Below, one piece after another: positions 25,768-35,420 of a stretch of DNA of 64,000 nt. The stretch covers positions 7,113 to 71,112 of the forward strand of contig DATBFX010000008.1 in NCBI GenBank assembly GCA_036558305.1, in the 5' to 3' direction. The notes beneath the pieces were generated by a model. The model saw nothing but the letters and a program-made list of their open reading frames with translations. It was not told the DNA's origin and searched no databases. Each line of letters opens with the position of its first letter. The stretch's first letter is position 1. The translations under genes were made by a program, and so were the position numbers. This stretch comes from Thermomicrobiales bacterium. GTDB taxonomy: Bacteria; Chloroflexota; Chloroflexia; Thermomicrobiales; UBA6265.

Positions 25768-26580
25768 ATGGACCGCACCGTACAACAGTGGCAGATTCCC
25801 GAGGGGACGGACGTCGTCGGCGCCGACGGCGACAAGGTCGGAAAAGTCATCGCCGCGGAACCGTCGTACATCGTCGTCGAGAAGGGTTTCTTCTTCCCGA
25901 CGGACTACTACATCCCGATGAGCGCGATCAGCAACTTCGACGGCGACAAGGTGTACCTGAGCGTGACGAAGGACCAGGCACTCAACCAGGGGTGGGACCA
26001 GCAGTTGTCCTCGACCGATTACGATGCGAGCACCCGCACCTACGCGACGGGCGCCGGGATGACGACGCCGGTGACTGCCGAAGGCGACCGGCTCGCCGGT
26101 GTGACCCCGACCGGACTCGCCGACGAGGTGGATGCCGGCGCCACGGACGCCACCTTGCGCGATCAGGCGACGGACGCCGGTCAAATGCAAGGCACCAAGA
26201 CGATGCGCGTGCCGGTGCACGAGGAAGAACTGACCGCGACGAAGCGGCCGGTCGAGGCGGGGACCGTCCGCGTCAACAAGGACGTCGTGGCGGAAGAGCG
26301 GACGATGGACGTTCCGGTCACCGAGGAGCACCTGGTGGTGAACCGGCGCGTGGTCGACCGGGACGCGCCCGCCGATGCGTCGGCGTTCAAGGAGGACACG
26401 ATCGAGGTTCCGCTGATGGCCGAGGAGGTCGACGTCCAGAAGCGGAACCGGGTCGTCGAGGAGGTCGAAATCGGCAAGGAGGCGGTGCAAAAGACCCAGC
26501 GTGTCGCCGACACGGTGCGCCGCGAAGAGGTGCACGTCGACGATAGTGCGGCCGGCACCTCGACCGAGGCAACTTCCTAA
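25768..26580 (+). CDS. PRC-barrel plus YsnF/AvaK (DUF2382) general-stress protein
   Basis: The N-terminus VVGADGDKVGKV...YYIPMSAI is PRC-like. The C-terminal repeated blocks VPVHEEELTATKRPVEAGTVRV and EVPLMAEEVDVQKR are the DUF2382 pattern. Confidence 0.75.
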   Translation: MDRTVQQWQIPEGTDVVGADGDKVGKVIAAEPSYIVVEKGFFFPTDYYIPMSAISNFDGDKVYLSVTKDQALNQGWDQQLSSTDYDASTRTYATGAGMTTPVTAEGDRLAGVTPTGLADEVDAGATDATLRDQATDAGQMQGTKTMRVPVHEEELTATKRPVEAGTVRVNKDVVAEERTMDVPVTEEHLVVNRRVVDRDAPADASAFKEDTIEVPLMAEEVDVQKRNRVVEEVEIGKEAVQKTQRVADTVRREEVHVDDSAAGTSTEATS

Positions 26581-26672
26581 CGGTCATCGGCGGGCATTCG
26601 CTGATAGGACTACCGCCTCATCGCGTCACGAGCCGGCAGCGTTCAGGCGCCGGCGAAGAAAAGGAGGCACCG

Positions 26673-26879
26673 ATGAGCGATCAAACGCGCGACCGGATCG
26701 AAGGATCGGCCGACGAGATCAAGGGCCGAGGCAAATCGGCCTGGGGCGAAATCACCGACGACGACCAGAAACGCGCGGAAGGCCAGGCCGACCAGGCGAA
26801 GGGCGGGTTCAAGAAAGACATGGCCGACGCCAAGGACAAGGTCGACGACGCGGTCAAGAAGGTGACGGGGAACTGGTAA
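26673..26879 (+). CDS. CsbD-family stress protein
   Basis: 68 aa. AAGGAGG lies 5 nt upstream. KGRGKSAWGEITDDD...AEGQADQAKG is typical of CsbD. Confidence 0.85.
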   Translation: MSDQTRDRIEGSADEIKGRGKSAWGEITDDDQKRAEGQADQAKGGFKKDMADAKDKVDDAVKKVTGNW

Positions 26880-26913
26880 CCCCGCCGCTCGCGAAGCCAT
26901 CCGATGAAAGAGG

Positions 26914-26948
26914 CGGCGGGGCGGCCATCGGCCGCCCCGCCGTTCTGC
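26914..26948 (+). terminator. Putative intrinsic terminator after the CsbD gene
   Basis: Perfect 13-bp GC stem CGGCGGGGCGGCC / GGCCGCCCCGCCG with a 3-nt loop, followed by TTCTGCGT (weak U tract). Confidence 0.45.
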
Positions 26949-27241
26949 GTGGATGCCGATCACGGGTGACGGAAGGAGGCAGTGATGGGGTGGCAAGAGA
27001 TGACAGTCCGCTCGCACGAGTCGATCGATCACGTCCATCCGACCGACGCGGGGTTGATGGAGCCGAACGGCGAGCAGGTGCCGGCGACCGGCGTGATGGG
27101 TGACGAGACGTTGGTGCGGATCACGGGGGAGGGGCAGGCACCGTATCCCGGCGCGCCACCGTACCCCGAGCGCCGAGGAAGAGGGGCACGCCCCGGCCCC
27201 ACGCGTTGGACGGACAAGATTCGCGTCGCCTGAGTGGGAAC

Positions 27242-28663
27242 CTATCGGGGAACCGAAGCGACCGGGGCGGTGACGGCACCGCCGACTGGGGGAGTTTCGG
27301 CGTCGGATCGGGCTGCCGTAGGCGCAGCGCGTTGGGGAGCAAGAAGGGGGACGGTCCCGACGAAGATCGCGCCGCCTTCGGGGCGATTTGCCGCCGTGAG
27401 GTCACCGCCGTGGGCCAGCAAGATGCGCCTGGCGACCGTCAGGCCCAGCCCGGCACCGCCGGTGCGGCGGTTGCGCGAGGTCTCGCCGCGGAAGAGCGGG
27501 GTAAAAAGGTGTGGCAGATCGTGCGGCGGGATACCGGGTCCGCTGTCGGCGACGGAGAAACGAACGCCGTCGGGGTCGGCGGCGCAACTCGCCACGACCC
27601 TGCCGCCATTCGGGGTGTGGCGAAACGCGTTGTCGAGGAGGTTTTCGATCGCGCGCGTCAGCAGGTGAGGGTCGCCGTCGATCAGGCACGGTTGAGTTGG
27701 GGCGTCGATCAAGACCGCGAGTTCCTTGGCTTCGGCACGCGGTCGGGCGGCCTCGACGAGCCGCCGCAGCAGGGCCGAAAGATCGAGCGGCTCGCGGCGG
27801 GGCGCCAGGTCCAGGTAATCGAGCCGGGTGAAGTCGAACAGGTCGCTGACCAGGCGTTCCAACGCCGCGGTCTTGTCCTGGGCGACCGCGACGTAACGCG
27901 CCTGCTTCTCCGGGGTATCGGCCAGACCCTTCGCAAATCCTTCGAGGTAGCCGCGCAGGGAGAAGAGGGGCGTGCGGAGATCGTGGACGATGGCAGCGAT
28001 GAAGAGGCGACGTTCTTGTTCCATCGTCGCTTGCTGCTGAAGGGAGGTCCGCAAGGCGTCGCTCATCGCGGCGAAGGCCGTGTTGACCTCGGCGACTTCG
28101 CGGACGCGCGACGAGGGGAGGGCGACGTCGAGGTCGCCGGCGGCGATTTGGCGGGCGGCATGACTGGTGGCGGCAAGCGGCCCGACGACGGTGCGGCCGA
28201 AGAACCAGCCGACGCCGCCCAGCGTCAGCGCCAGTGTCGTCAAACCGACGAGGGGAACGATCCAGTTGTGGACCGCCGCGGGAGGACCGAAATCGGCGTC
28301 GGCGTAGACGTAGGCGGTCGCCGTCCGGGACGGATCGGCGTCGGCGATCTCGATGCGTCGCACGATGCGGGTGCCGTGCTCGCCGGCAAGCGGGTCGGCG
28401 GTGCTGCGAAAAAGCTCCTGCCCATTTTCGCTCAAGACGAAGGCGAGGCCGTCGGCCGAGAGGTCGCGCGCCGTTGCGGCCTGCCAGGCGGGATCGTGCC
28501 AGCTCGCCGCGTCGTCGCGGAGGCGCCGGGCGGCCGCCTCGGTGGCGTCTTGCGGGGGTGATCCCAGGAGGTGAAAGGCGACGGTGCCCGTGACGAGGAA
28601 CGGGACGGCGAGCACAACCGCGAGCGCCAGCACCAACCACCGCCGCAAGGGAAGCACGCTCAT
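27242..28663 (-). CDS. Sensor histidine kinase (2 TM, HAMP, HisKA, HATPase_c)
   Basis: ATG at 28663 overlaps the regulator stop (ATGA). H-box AAIVHDLRTPL, N-box LLDNAFRHTP and G-boxes DSGPGI and GGAGLGL. Confidence 0.85.
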   Translation of the reverse strand: MSVLPLRRWLVLALAVVLAVPFLVTGTVAFHLLGSPPQDATEAAARRLRDDAASWHDPAWQAATARDLSADGLAFVLSENGQELFRSTADPLAGEHGTRIVRRIEIADADPSRTATAYVYADADFGPPAAVHNWIVPLVGLTTLALTLGGVGWFFGRTVVGPLAATSHAARQIAAGDLDVALPSSRVREVAEVNTAFAAMSDALRTSLQQQATMEQERRLFIAAIVHDLRTPLFSLRGYLEGFAKGLADTPEKQARYVAVAQDKTAALERLVSDLFDFTRLDYLDLAPRREPLDLSALLRRLVEAARPRAEAKELAVLIDAPTQPCLIDGDPHLLTRAIENLLDNAFRHTPNGGRVVASCAADPDGVRFSVADSGPGIPPHDLPHLFTPLFRGETSRNRRTGGAGLGLTVARRILLAHGGDLTAANRPEGGAIFVGTVPLLAPQRAAPTAARSDAETPPVGGAVTAPVASVPR

Positions 28664-29406
28664 CGCCCCGGCTCCCCCTCGAAGCGATACCCGACGCCCC
28701 AGACCGTGACGATGTATTTGGGGTGGGCGGGGTCCTCCTCGATCTTCTCGCGCAGGCGTCCGATGTGGACGGTGAGCGTGTGGCGGTCGCCGTAGGCACC
28801 CCAGAACCGCTCGTAGAGCTGCTCGCGGGTGAAGACCTGGCGCGGGTTCTCGGCGAAGAGGTGCAGCAACTCGAACTCGCGCGCGGTGAAGGGGACGGGT
28901 TCGCCATCGACCCGGACCTCGTGGGCGCGGACGTCGATGGCGAGACGGCCAAAGTCGAGGACCGCCGGCGGCGGTTGGTCGCCGCGGCGGGTGCGGCGGA
29001 GCACGGCCTTGATCCGGGCGACGACTTCGCCGGGTGTGGCGGACTTGACGATGTAGTCGTCGGCGCCGAGGCCGAGACCGCGGATCTTGTCGCTGTCTTC
29101 CTGTTTGGCGCTGAGGAAAAGGACCGGCACGTCGCCCAGCTCGCGGATGCGGCGGACGACTTCGAAGCCGGATTGGCCGGGCATCATCACGTCGAGAAGG
29201 ACGACGTCGATCTGATTGTGCCGCAGGAGGTCGAGGGCGGTTGGCCCGTCGAGGGCGGTCATCACCGCGTAGTTCTCGGCCTCCAGGAAGTCCCGCATGA
29301 GGTCGACGATGTCTTCCTGGTCGTCGACGACCAGTACCGTTGTTTGGGAATCCACGACGTCTGCTGCCCCATGATTCGGCACCGGCACCGGTCCGACCCT
29401 TTGCAT
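28660..29406 (-). CDS. OmpR/PhoB-family response regulator
   Basis: Receiver domain (VLVVDDQ, DVVLLDVMMPG, SAK) plus a winged-helix C-terminus (LTAREFELL...VWGVGYRF). The start may be internal. Confidence 0.9.
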   Translation of the reverse strand: MQRVGPVPVPNHGAADVVDSQTTVLVVDDQEDIVDLMRDFLEAENYAVMTALDGPTALDLLRHNQIDVVLLDVMMPGQSGFEVVRRIRELGDVPVLFLSAKQEDSDKIRGLGLGADDYIVKSATPGEVVARIKAVLRRTRRGDQPPPAVLDFGRLAIDVRAHEVRVDGEPVPFTAREFELLHLFAENPRQVFTREQLYERFWGAYGDRHTLTVHIGRLREKIEEDPAHPKYIVTVWGVGYRFEGEPGR

Positions 29407-29588
29407 TATTGACCACGCGTTTCGTCATTTCCAGCCCCGAAGGACCGTCGGACAAAGCCGAAACGCGCTGTTGAGGGATTGTTGAGAAATGCCGATACCG
29501 GGGTTTGATCTCGCGATCGGAGGATTGGTGGAGGCGACGGCAGGCGTCGCCACCGACCAGACGACCGTCGAGCGAGGGAGGCGACGCG

Positions 29589-30023
29589 ATGACCGAAATC
29601 GGTGCCACATCCGCACCCGGCCTGAACCGGCCGGGTCTGTTGACGGCGATGAAGGTGGCGTCGTCGCTCTTCGCGGCGCTGGTCTTGCTGCAAGCGATCA
29701 TCGCCGGGCGCGGCTGGTTCAAGGACTTCGACCTGATCAAGACCCACGGCCAGATCGGCAGTTTTGTGTTGTTGGTCGCGATCGTCCAGGCGGTTCTGGC
29801 ATTCATGGTCTTCGGGTCGAGGAGCCGTCTGGCGCTCGTCGGCGCCGTTCTGGTGGTACTGACGGCCATCCAGCTAAGTCTCGGCTACTCGAGCAGAGAC
29901 AGTTCGACCGCGGCCTCGCTGCACATCCCGAACGGCGTCCTCATCTTCGGGATCGCGACGGCGTTTGCGTCGTCCGTTTTGCGGGTCGGCGGAGCGGCTG
30001 ACGAACGAGCCGGTAGCCGGTAG
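29589..30023 (+). CDS. Small 4-TM membrane protein, unknown function
   Basis: ATG at 29589 lies 8 nt after GGGAGG. Four hydrophobic helices. The stop TAG (30021-30023) lies inside the heptamer repeat. Confidence 0.5.
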   Translation: MTEIGATSAPGLNRPGLLTAMKVASSLFAALVLLQAIIAGRGWFKDFDLIKTHGQIGSFVLLVAIVQAVLAFMVFGSRSRLALVGAVLVVLTAIQLSLGYSSRDSSTAASLHIPNGVLIFGIATAFASSVLRVGGAADERAGSR

Positions 30024-30030
30024 CCGATAG
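30010..30030. repeat. Solo copy of the 21-mer CCGGTAGCCGGTAGCCGATAG
   Basis: Identical to the left arm at 20584-20604. Followed by a GC hairpin at 30037-30059. Confidence 0.85.
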
Positions 30031-30094
30031 TCACGAGGGACGCGGGGCCGCGTCGTCCCGCTTGGATGTTCTGAACGATCACAAGGAGTCAACG

Positions 30095-30976
30095 ATGAAA
30101 TTGGGATTGCAACTCGTCGATTTTGCGGCGCCGGGAGGCACGAGGCAACTGGCGTGCGCATTGGCGGACACCGCGAAGATGGCCGAGGCCGTCGGTATCG
30201 AGACGATTGGGGTGGCCGACCACGTCTGGCAGCACCCGTTTATGGGCGGGGCGGAACGTGAGGAATTGGAGGCGTATTCGGTCCTGTCTTTTCTTGCCGC
30301 CCAGACCGATCGGATCGGGTTGCTGGCGCTGGCGACGCCGGCGACGTTCCGGGCACCGGGCCTCCTCGCGAAGACGGTGACGACGCTGGACGTGCTCTCG
30401 GGCGGCCGAGCGTGGCTCGGGATCGGTGCCGGACACTACGAGGACGAGGCGGCGGGGCTCGGTCTCTTCTTCCCGCCGGTGGCGGAGCGGTTCGAGTACC
30501 TGGAGGAGACGATCCGGTACTGCCTGCGGATGTGGGAGGGCGAGCGGGGCGACGAGCAACCCTTCGCCGGAGAGTACGTCCAGGCGAGGCGGTTGCTGAA
30601 CTCGCCGCAGAGTCTGACGCGGCCGCATCCCCCGCTCCTGATCGCCGGCGACGGCGAGCGCAAGACGCTCCGGTTGGTCGCCCGGTACGGCGACGCCTGC
30701 AACCTCGCCCCGATGCCCGAGCTGCCGCACAAACTCGACGTTCTGCGGCGGCATTGCGAGGCGGAGGGGCGCGACTACGACGCGATCGAGAAGACGTGCT
30801 CCTGGATCTTCAACCTCGGCGAGAACGGCGAGAAAACCGGCGAACTCCTGGAGAAGCTCGACTGGTTCGCCGGTCTCGGTATCCAGACGGTCTACGGCCG
30901 GGTCGAGCCGGCGTTCGATCTCGCCACGCTGGAGCGACTCGGGCGCGACGTCGTGCCGGCGATCGCCGCACTCTGA
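30095..30976 (+). CDS. LLM-class (luciferase-like) F420/flavin-dependent oxidoreductase
   Basis: ATG at 30095 follows AAGGAG. MKLGLQL..., GRAWLGIGAG and the overall length are typical of bacterial luciferase-like monooxygenases. Confidence 0.8.
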   Translation: MKLGLQLVDFAAPGGTRQLACALADTAKMAEAVGIETIGVADHVWQHPFMGGAEREELEAYSVLSFLAAQTDRIGLLALATPATFRAPGLLAKTVTTLDVLSGGRAWLGIGAGHYEDEAAGLGLFFPPVAERFEYLEETIRYCLRMWEGERGDEQPFAGEYVQARRLLNSPQSLTRPHPPLLIAGDGERKTLRLVARYGDACNLAPMPELPHKLDVLRRHCEAEGRDYDAIEKTCSWIFNLGENGEKTGELLEKLDWFAGLGIQTVYGRVEPAFDLATLERLGRDVVPAIAAL

Positions 30977-30988
30977 AAGAGACACGAG

Positions 30989-31939
30989 ATGCAAACCTTG
31001 ACCATGGACACACCCGTGCCATCGCCGGCATCGGCCGACTTCGCGATCGTCACGCGCGATCTGACCAAGCGGTACGGTGATCGCATCGTCGCGGTCGATC
31101 GGCTCACGCTGCGCGTACGTCGGGGCGAAATCTACGGTTTTGTCGGTCCGAACGGTGCGGGGAAAACGACGACGCTGCGGATGCTGGTCGGGCTGATCCG
31201 GCCGACCTCGGGCGAGGTGACGGTCCTGGGCGCCGCACCCGGGACACCGGACGAACTGGGCAGGACCGGATCGATGATCGAGACACCGGCCTTCTACCCG
31301 TTCCTCTCGGGTCGAGACAACCTGCGCGTCCTGGCCCGCTATGCCGGCATTGAGGAAGACCGGATCGCGCCGGTGTTGGAGGAGGTCGATCTGGCGGGGC
31401 GGGCCGGAGACAAGTTCTCGACCTATTCGCTCGGGATGAAGCAGCGGTTGGGCGTGGCCGCGGCATTGCTCAAGGACCCGGAACTGCTGATCCTCGACGA
31501 GCCGACGAACGGGCTCGATCCCGGCGGGATGGCGGAGATGCGTGCGCTGATCCGCGGTCTGAGCCGGGGTGGCCGGACGGTTCTCCTCTCCAGCCACCTG
31601 ATGAACGAAGTCGAGCAGATTTGCGACCGTGTCGGCGTCATTCGCGGCGGCCGGCTCGTCGCCGAGGGGACGGTCGACCAGTTGCGGGCGCGGGAGACGC
31701 TCCGCATCCGTGCCGCGCCGCTCGACGAGGCGCAGCGCGTCGTCGCGTCGATCAACGGCGTCGAGCGGGTCGACGTCGTCGACGGCGCGTTGCGGATCGC
31801 GACCGACCCGGCCCGCGCTCCCGCGATCAACCGTGCCCTCGTCGGCGCTGGGTTGGCCGTCTGCGAGCTGGTCGCGGAACGGGCCTCGCTCGAAGACGTT
31901 TTCCTGGAACTGACCCAGGACGAAAGGAGCCACCAGTGA
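30989..31939 (+). CDS. ABC-2-type exporter ATP-binding protein
   Basis: Walker A GPNGAGKTT, signature YSLGMKQRL and Walker B LLILDEP. Confidence 0.9.
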   Translation: MQTLTMDTPVPSPASADFAIVTRDLTKRYGDRIVAVDRLTLRVRRGEIYGFVGPNGAGKTTTLRMLVGLIRPTSGEVTVLGAAPGTPDELGRTGSMIETPAFYPFLSGRDNLRVLARYAGIEEDRIAPVLEEVDLAGRAGDKFSTYSLGMKQRLGVAAALLKDPELLILDEPTNGLDPGGMAEMRALIRGLSRGGRTVLLSSHLMNEVEQICDRVGVIRGGRLVAEGTVDQLRARETLRIRAAPLDEAQRVVASINGVERVDVVDGALRIATDPARAPAINRALVGAGLAVCELVAERASLEDVFLELTQDERSHQ

Positions 31940-32769
31940 TCGGCAGTCTTTCCGCCGAACTCTTGATCCTGCGAAAGCGAACCGCGACCTGGGTCCTGCT
32001 CGCGATCTAGGTGACGCTCGCCACGATGTTCGCCGACGTCGTCCCTTACCTTCGCTACCACAACGCGCTCGGCACGGGCCGGCCGCAATCGCTGACGCCG
32101 CTCCTGCCGGAGGGTCTGGTCGGCAACTTGACCGGCGGTTTCCCGTTCTTTGGCGGGGCGATCGTCCTCATCCTCGGCGTGCTCACGCTCGGCAGCGATT
32201 ACGGTTGGGGGACGCTGAAAACGCTCTTTACCCAGCGGCCGGGCCGGCTGCACGTCTTCGCCGCCAAACTGCTGGCGCTGGCGATCGCGCTGGTTCCGTT
32301 CGTCCTGCTCGTCTTCGTCATCGGCGGGGTCGCCAGCTATCTCGTCGCACAGCGAGAAAACGCGGCGGTTGATTGGCCGTCCCTCTCGCTCGTGATCCGG
32401 GGGTTCGCGGCCAGCTGGTTCCTCCTCGCCGTTTGGGCGGCGCTCGGCGTGCTCCTCGCCGTGGTGACGCGCGGTACCGCGCTGGCGATCGGGATCGGGA
32501 TCCTCTGGGCACTCGTCGTCGAAGGTCTGGTCAGCGCCCTGTTCGACGAGACGAGTCTGCTCCGTCCGCTGATCAAACTCTTCCTGCGCGCCAACGGCTA
32601 TTCGTTGGTACAGGGCCTCGGCGGTGCGCTCGACGCCTCGGACAACGGTCCCGGTTCGTTTTCCGGTCCTTTTGTCGACGGGGCGCAGGCCGCGCTGGTG
32701 CTCGGCGCCTACCTGATCGGGTTCGTCGCGTTATCCGCGTCGATCCTGCGGCGGCGCGACGTTGCCTGA
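31936..32769 (+). pseudogene. ABC-2 transporter permease interrupted by an in-frame TAG at 32008-32010 (or restarting at GTG 32011)
   Basis: GTG at 31936 overlaps the ATPase stop (GTGA) and encodes VIGSLSAELLILRKRTATWVLLAI. TAG follows, then the same frame continues VTLATMFADVV... through 6 TM segments to 32769. Confidence 0.6.
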
Positions 32770-32903
32770 TGAGGGAACGGGCGGTGACCGATGGCATGCG
32801 CTCTGCTTGTCGAAAGGCAACGTGCTCGACCGATGGGCCGCGGTTTGGCGACTCGCTGCCGGTACGGCCACCGTCCCGAACGAGCAACGCCAGGAGGGGA
32901 ACG

Positions 32904-33191
32904 ATGCTCTTCTCTTGCCAGTTCACCTGGTTTCCAGGTACGACGCGAGAAGCGGTCGCGCGGCGGGTGGTGCAGCAGCACGACGCCGGGCTGAACCATC
33001 CGGAGCGGATCAAGGGTTGGTACAACCTGGCCGGCGGCGGGGCCGGATTCCTCCTCGTCGACTACGACGATCCACGCGAGTTGTCCGCCTTTCTGCAACC
33101 GTACATGGACCTGATGAGCTGGGACGTCCGCGCCGTGACGCAGAACGATTATGCCGCGCGCATCGAGGAGCTACGGCGGGTCGGCAAGTAG
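32904..33191 (+). CDS. DUF3303-like small protein
   Basis: ATG at 32904 follows AGGAGGGG. 95 aa. The family call rests on memory of DUF3303 topology and on similarity in size and pattern to 51650-51946. Confidence 0.5.
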   Translation: MLFSCQFTWFPGTTREAVARRVVQQHDAGLNHPERIKGWYNLAGGGAGFLLVDYDDPRELSAFLQPYMDLMSWDVRAVTQNDYAARIEELRRVGK

Positions 33192-33236
33192 CGGGCAGTG
33201 GTTGCTGCCACGACCCCAACGGATAGGAGGGACGCG

Positions 33237-33392
33237 ATGGCGACGATGACCGATCCGGTGTGCGGGATGCAAGTCGACAGCAGCCAGGCGCCGGCGCAGA
33301 GCCAGTACCAGGGGCAGATCTACTACTTCTGCTCGGTCGAATGCAAGCAGAAGTTCGAGGCGAATCCGAAGAAGTTCGTCAAGGCGGCCTGA
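33237..33392 (+). CDS. YHS/TRASH-domain metal-binding small protein
   Basis: AGGAGG RBS. DPVCGMQVD...YYFCSVECKQKFEANP is the YHS signature. Confidence 0.8.
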   Translation: MATMTDPVCGMQVDSSQAPAQSQYQGQIYYFCSVECKQKFEANPKKFVKAA

Positions 33393-33656
33393 GCGTCGCC
33401 ACACGAACCCATACGACGGGAAGGGGTCCTTCACGCCGCGGAGGATCCCTGCGCCATGTCCAAAATCGGTGGGCGAATCGGATCCTTTGGGCTTCGGCGG
33501 GTGATCGGTTTCGGGGCGGCGCCGGGACATTGGTCCCCGGCTCGGGGCGGGTACTTCGGGCTATTCGTTCGACGCGCGGTCCTCCCTACTATTGGGGCAG
33601 AAGGGTTACCGACGCGTAGCCCGCTCGCGTCATGACCGCGTGCTGCCGAGAGGACG

Positions 33657-35420
33657 ATGACGCCCCGCCGAATCCGGACGTTGCCGGCTCAACCGGCTCG
33701 GGTCAGGTCGCGCGCCGCGCGGGCGCTGCTCGCCGCCGATGCGGCCCGTTCGCTCGTGGCGAACGGACCCGACGGGTTGCTCGTCCTCACCGAAGAGGGT
33801 GCGGTCGCCTTCGCGAATCGGTCGGCCGGGGCGCTGGTCGGTCGCGTCGGTGAACCGCTGATTGGGCAACGCATCGACGACCTCCTGCCACCGGCGGCGC
33901 GGGGTACGTGGCGATCGCGGCCGACCGCCGGAGACCGCGAGATCGATCCCGTGGTGCCGCCGACGATCCGTGTTCCGCTGCCGGGCGGCGGCGAACGGAT
34001 CGTCGAGGCGGTGACGGAGGACCGCACCGGCGACGCCGCCATCCAGGGCATGGTCGTCCATCTGCGGGACGCCACGGCGCGGACGGGCCGGGTCGCCAAA
34101 CTGGCAACACTGGCGTACCTGGACTCGGTGACTCGCCTCCCCAACCGGACGCGTTTCCTCGATCTGACGGCGCGGGCACTCTTCGAAGCGGCGAAGGTCA
34201 AGAGCACCGTTGCCGTCTTGATGGTCGACCTCGACCGATTCAAGCAGGTCAACGACGCGCTGGGGCATGCGGCCGGCGACCGGTTGCTAGCGGAGGTCGG
34301 CAAGCGTCTGCGCGGTGCACTGCGGTCGCAAGACGTCGTCGGCCGCCTCGGCGGGGACGAATTCGCGTGCCTGCTGGTCGGGCCGACGAGTCTGCGCGAT
34401 GCGGTCACGCTGGCCGAGCGGATGATGACGGCGCTCTCGGCGCCGATCGAGATCGGCGGGCACCCGGTGGCGCCGGGCGCGAGCGTCGGGGTCGCCTGCC
34501 TGCCGGCGGTGGGAAGCAGCGTCGACGACATCCTGGCCGCGGCCGATGCCGCACTCTACGAGGCCAAGCGACGGGGGCGCGGTCGCGTCGCCTGTTTCGA
34601 AGAGCGGTTGGAGCGCGATGTCCACGCCCGGGCGGTGCTGGAAGGTGAGCTGCGGCGGGGGATCGTCGCCGAGGAATTCGTGCTGGAGTTCCAGCCGCTC
34701 GTCCACCTCACCACCGGGAATGTCAGCCAGGCAGAGGCGCTCGTCCGGTGGGAGCACCCGTCGCGCGGTCTGTTGCGACCCGACGCCTTCGTCCCCCTGG
34801 CGGAGGAAGCCGGTCTGGTGCTGCCGTTGGGACGGTGGGTGTTGCACGAGGCGTGCCGGCAAGCCGCATCGTGGTGCGGTGCCGGCAGTCGTTCGGGTGC
34901 GGCGGTCAGCGTGAACGTCTCGAGTGTCCAACTGCGCGATCCGGGGCTGGTCCGTGAGGTGATCGGGGCGCTGCACGGCAGCGGGCTGCACCCGCGGCAG
35001 TTGACGCTGGAACTGACCGAGAGTACGGCACTCGACGACCTCGACGGGACGATCGCGGCGATGCAGCGATTGCAGGTGCTGGGTGTGCGGTTTGCGCTCG
35101 ACGACTTCGGCACCGGTCACTCGTCGCTCGGGTATCTGCACCGGTTGCCGGTCGACGAAGTCAAGATCGACCGCTCGTTCGTGGCGAGCCTGGCGACGAA
35201 CCGGGTGGCATCCGCCGTCGTGCAGGCGGTGGTGACGGTGGCAACCGCGGTCGGCGTGGGCGTGGTCGCCGAGGGGATCGAATCGCTCGGTCAGTTGCGG
35301 GCGGTGCGGGACCTCGGGTGCGACGTCGGTCAGGGGTACTACCTCGGACGCCCGCGCGACACGACGGGCTTTCTCCAGTTCCTCGGCGCGGACGGGATGG
35401 CGGCGCTATGCCGAATCTGA
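33657..35420 (+). CDS. PAS-GGDEF-EAL signalling protein (c-di-GMP turnover)
   Basis: RLGGDEFACLL (GGDEF), QAEALVRWEHP (EAL), DDFGTGHSSL and the KIDRSF motifs. Confidence 0.9.
   Translation: MTPRRIRTLPAQPARVRSRAARALLAADAARSLVANGPDGLLVLTEEGAVAFANRSAGALVGRVGEPLIGQRIDDLLPPAARGTWRSRPTAGDREIDPVVPPTIRVPLPGGGERIVEAVTEDRTGDAAIQGMVVHLRDATARTGRVAKLATLAYLDSVTRLPNRTRFLDLTARALFEAAKVKSTVAVLMVDLDRFKQVNDALGHAAGDRLLAEVGKRLRGALRSQDVVGRLGGDEFACLLVGPTSLRDAVTLAERMMTALSAPIEIGGHPVAPGASVGVACLPAVGSSVDDILAAADAALYEAKRRGRGRVACFEERLERDVHARAVLEGELRRGIVAEEFVLEFQPLVHLTTGNVSQAEALVRWEHPSRGLLRPDAFVPLAEEAGLVLPLGRWVLHEACRQAASWCGAGSRSGAAVSVNVSSVQLRDPGLVREVIGALHGSGLHPRQLTLELTESTALDDLDGTIAAMQRLQVLGVRFALDDFGTGHSSLGYLHRLPVDEVKIDRSFVASLATNRVASAVVQAVVTVATAVGVGVVAEGIESLGQLRAVRDLGCDVGQGYYLGRPRDTTGFLQFLGADGMAALCRI

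Noticed and set aside
26982-27233. 83-aa ORF between the CsbD gene and the histidine kinase gene
   Set aside because: No clear RBS, no motif, and a Gly/Pro/Arg-rich tail. It cannot be distinguished from a chance ORF.
27242-29869. 875-aa ORF fusing the histidine kinase with upstream sequence
   Set aside because: The part upstream of ATG 28663 is out of frame over the response-regulator gene and is low complexity. The ATGA overlap at 28660-28663 gives the classic RR-HK junction.
32008-32010. In-frame TAG read as pyrrolysine or programmed recoding
   Set aside because: There are no pyl genes or a recoding signal in the window, and the lineage is unlikely to use Pyl. A nonsense mutation, sequencing error or restart at GTG 32011 is more parsimonious.
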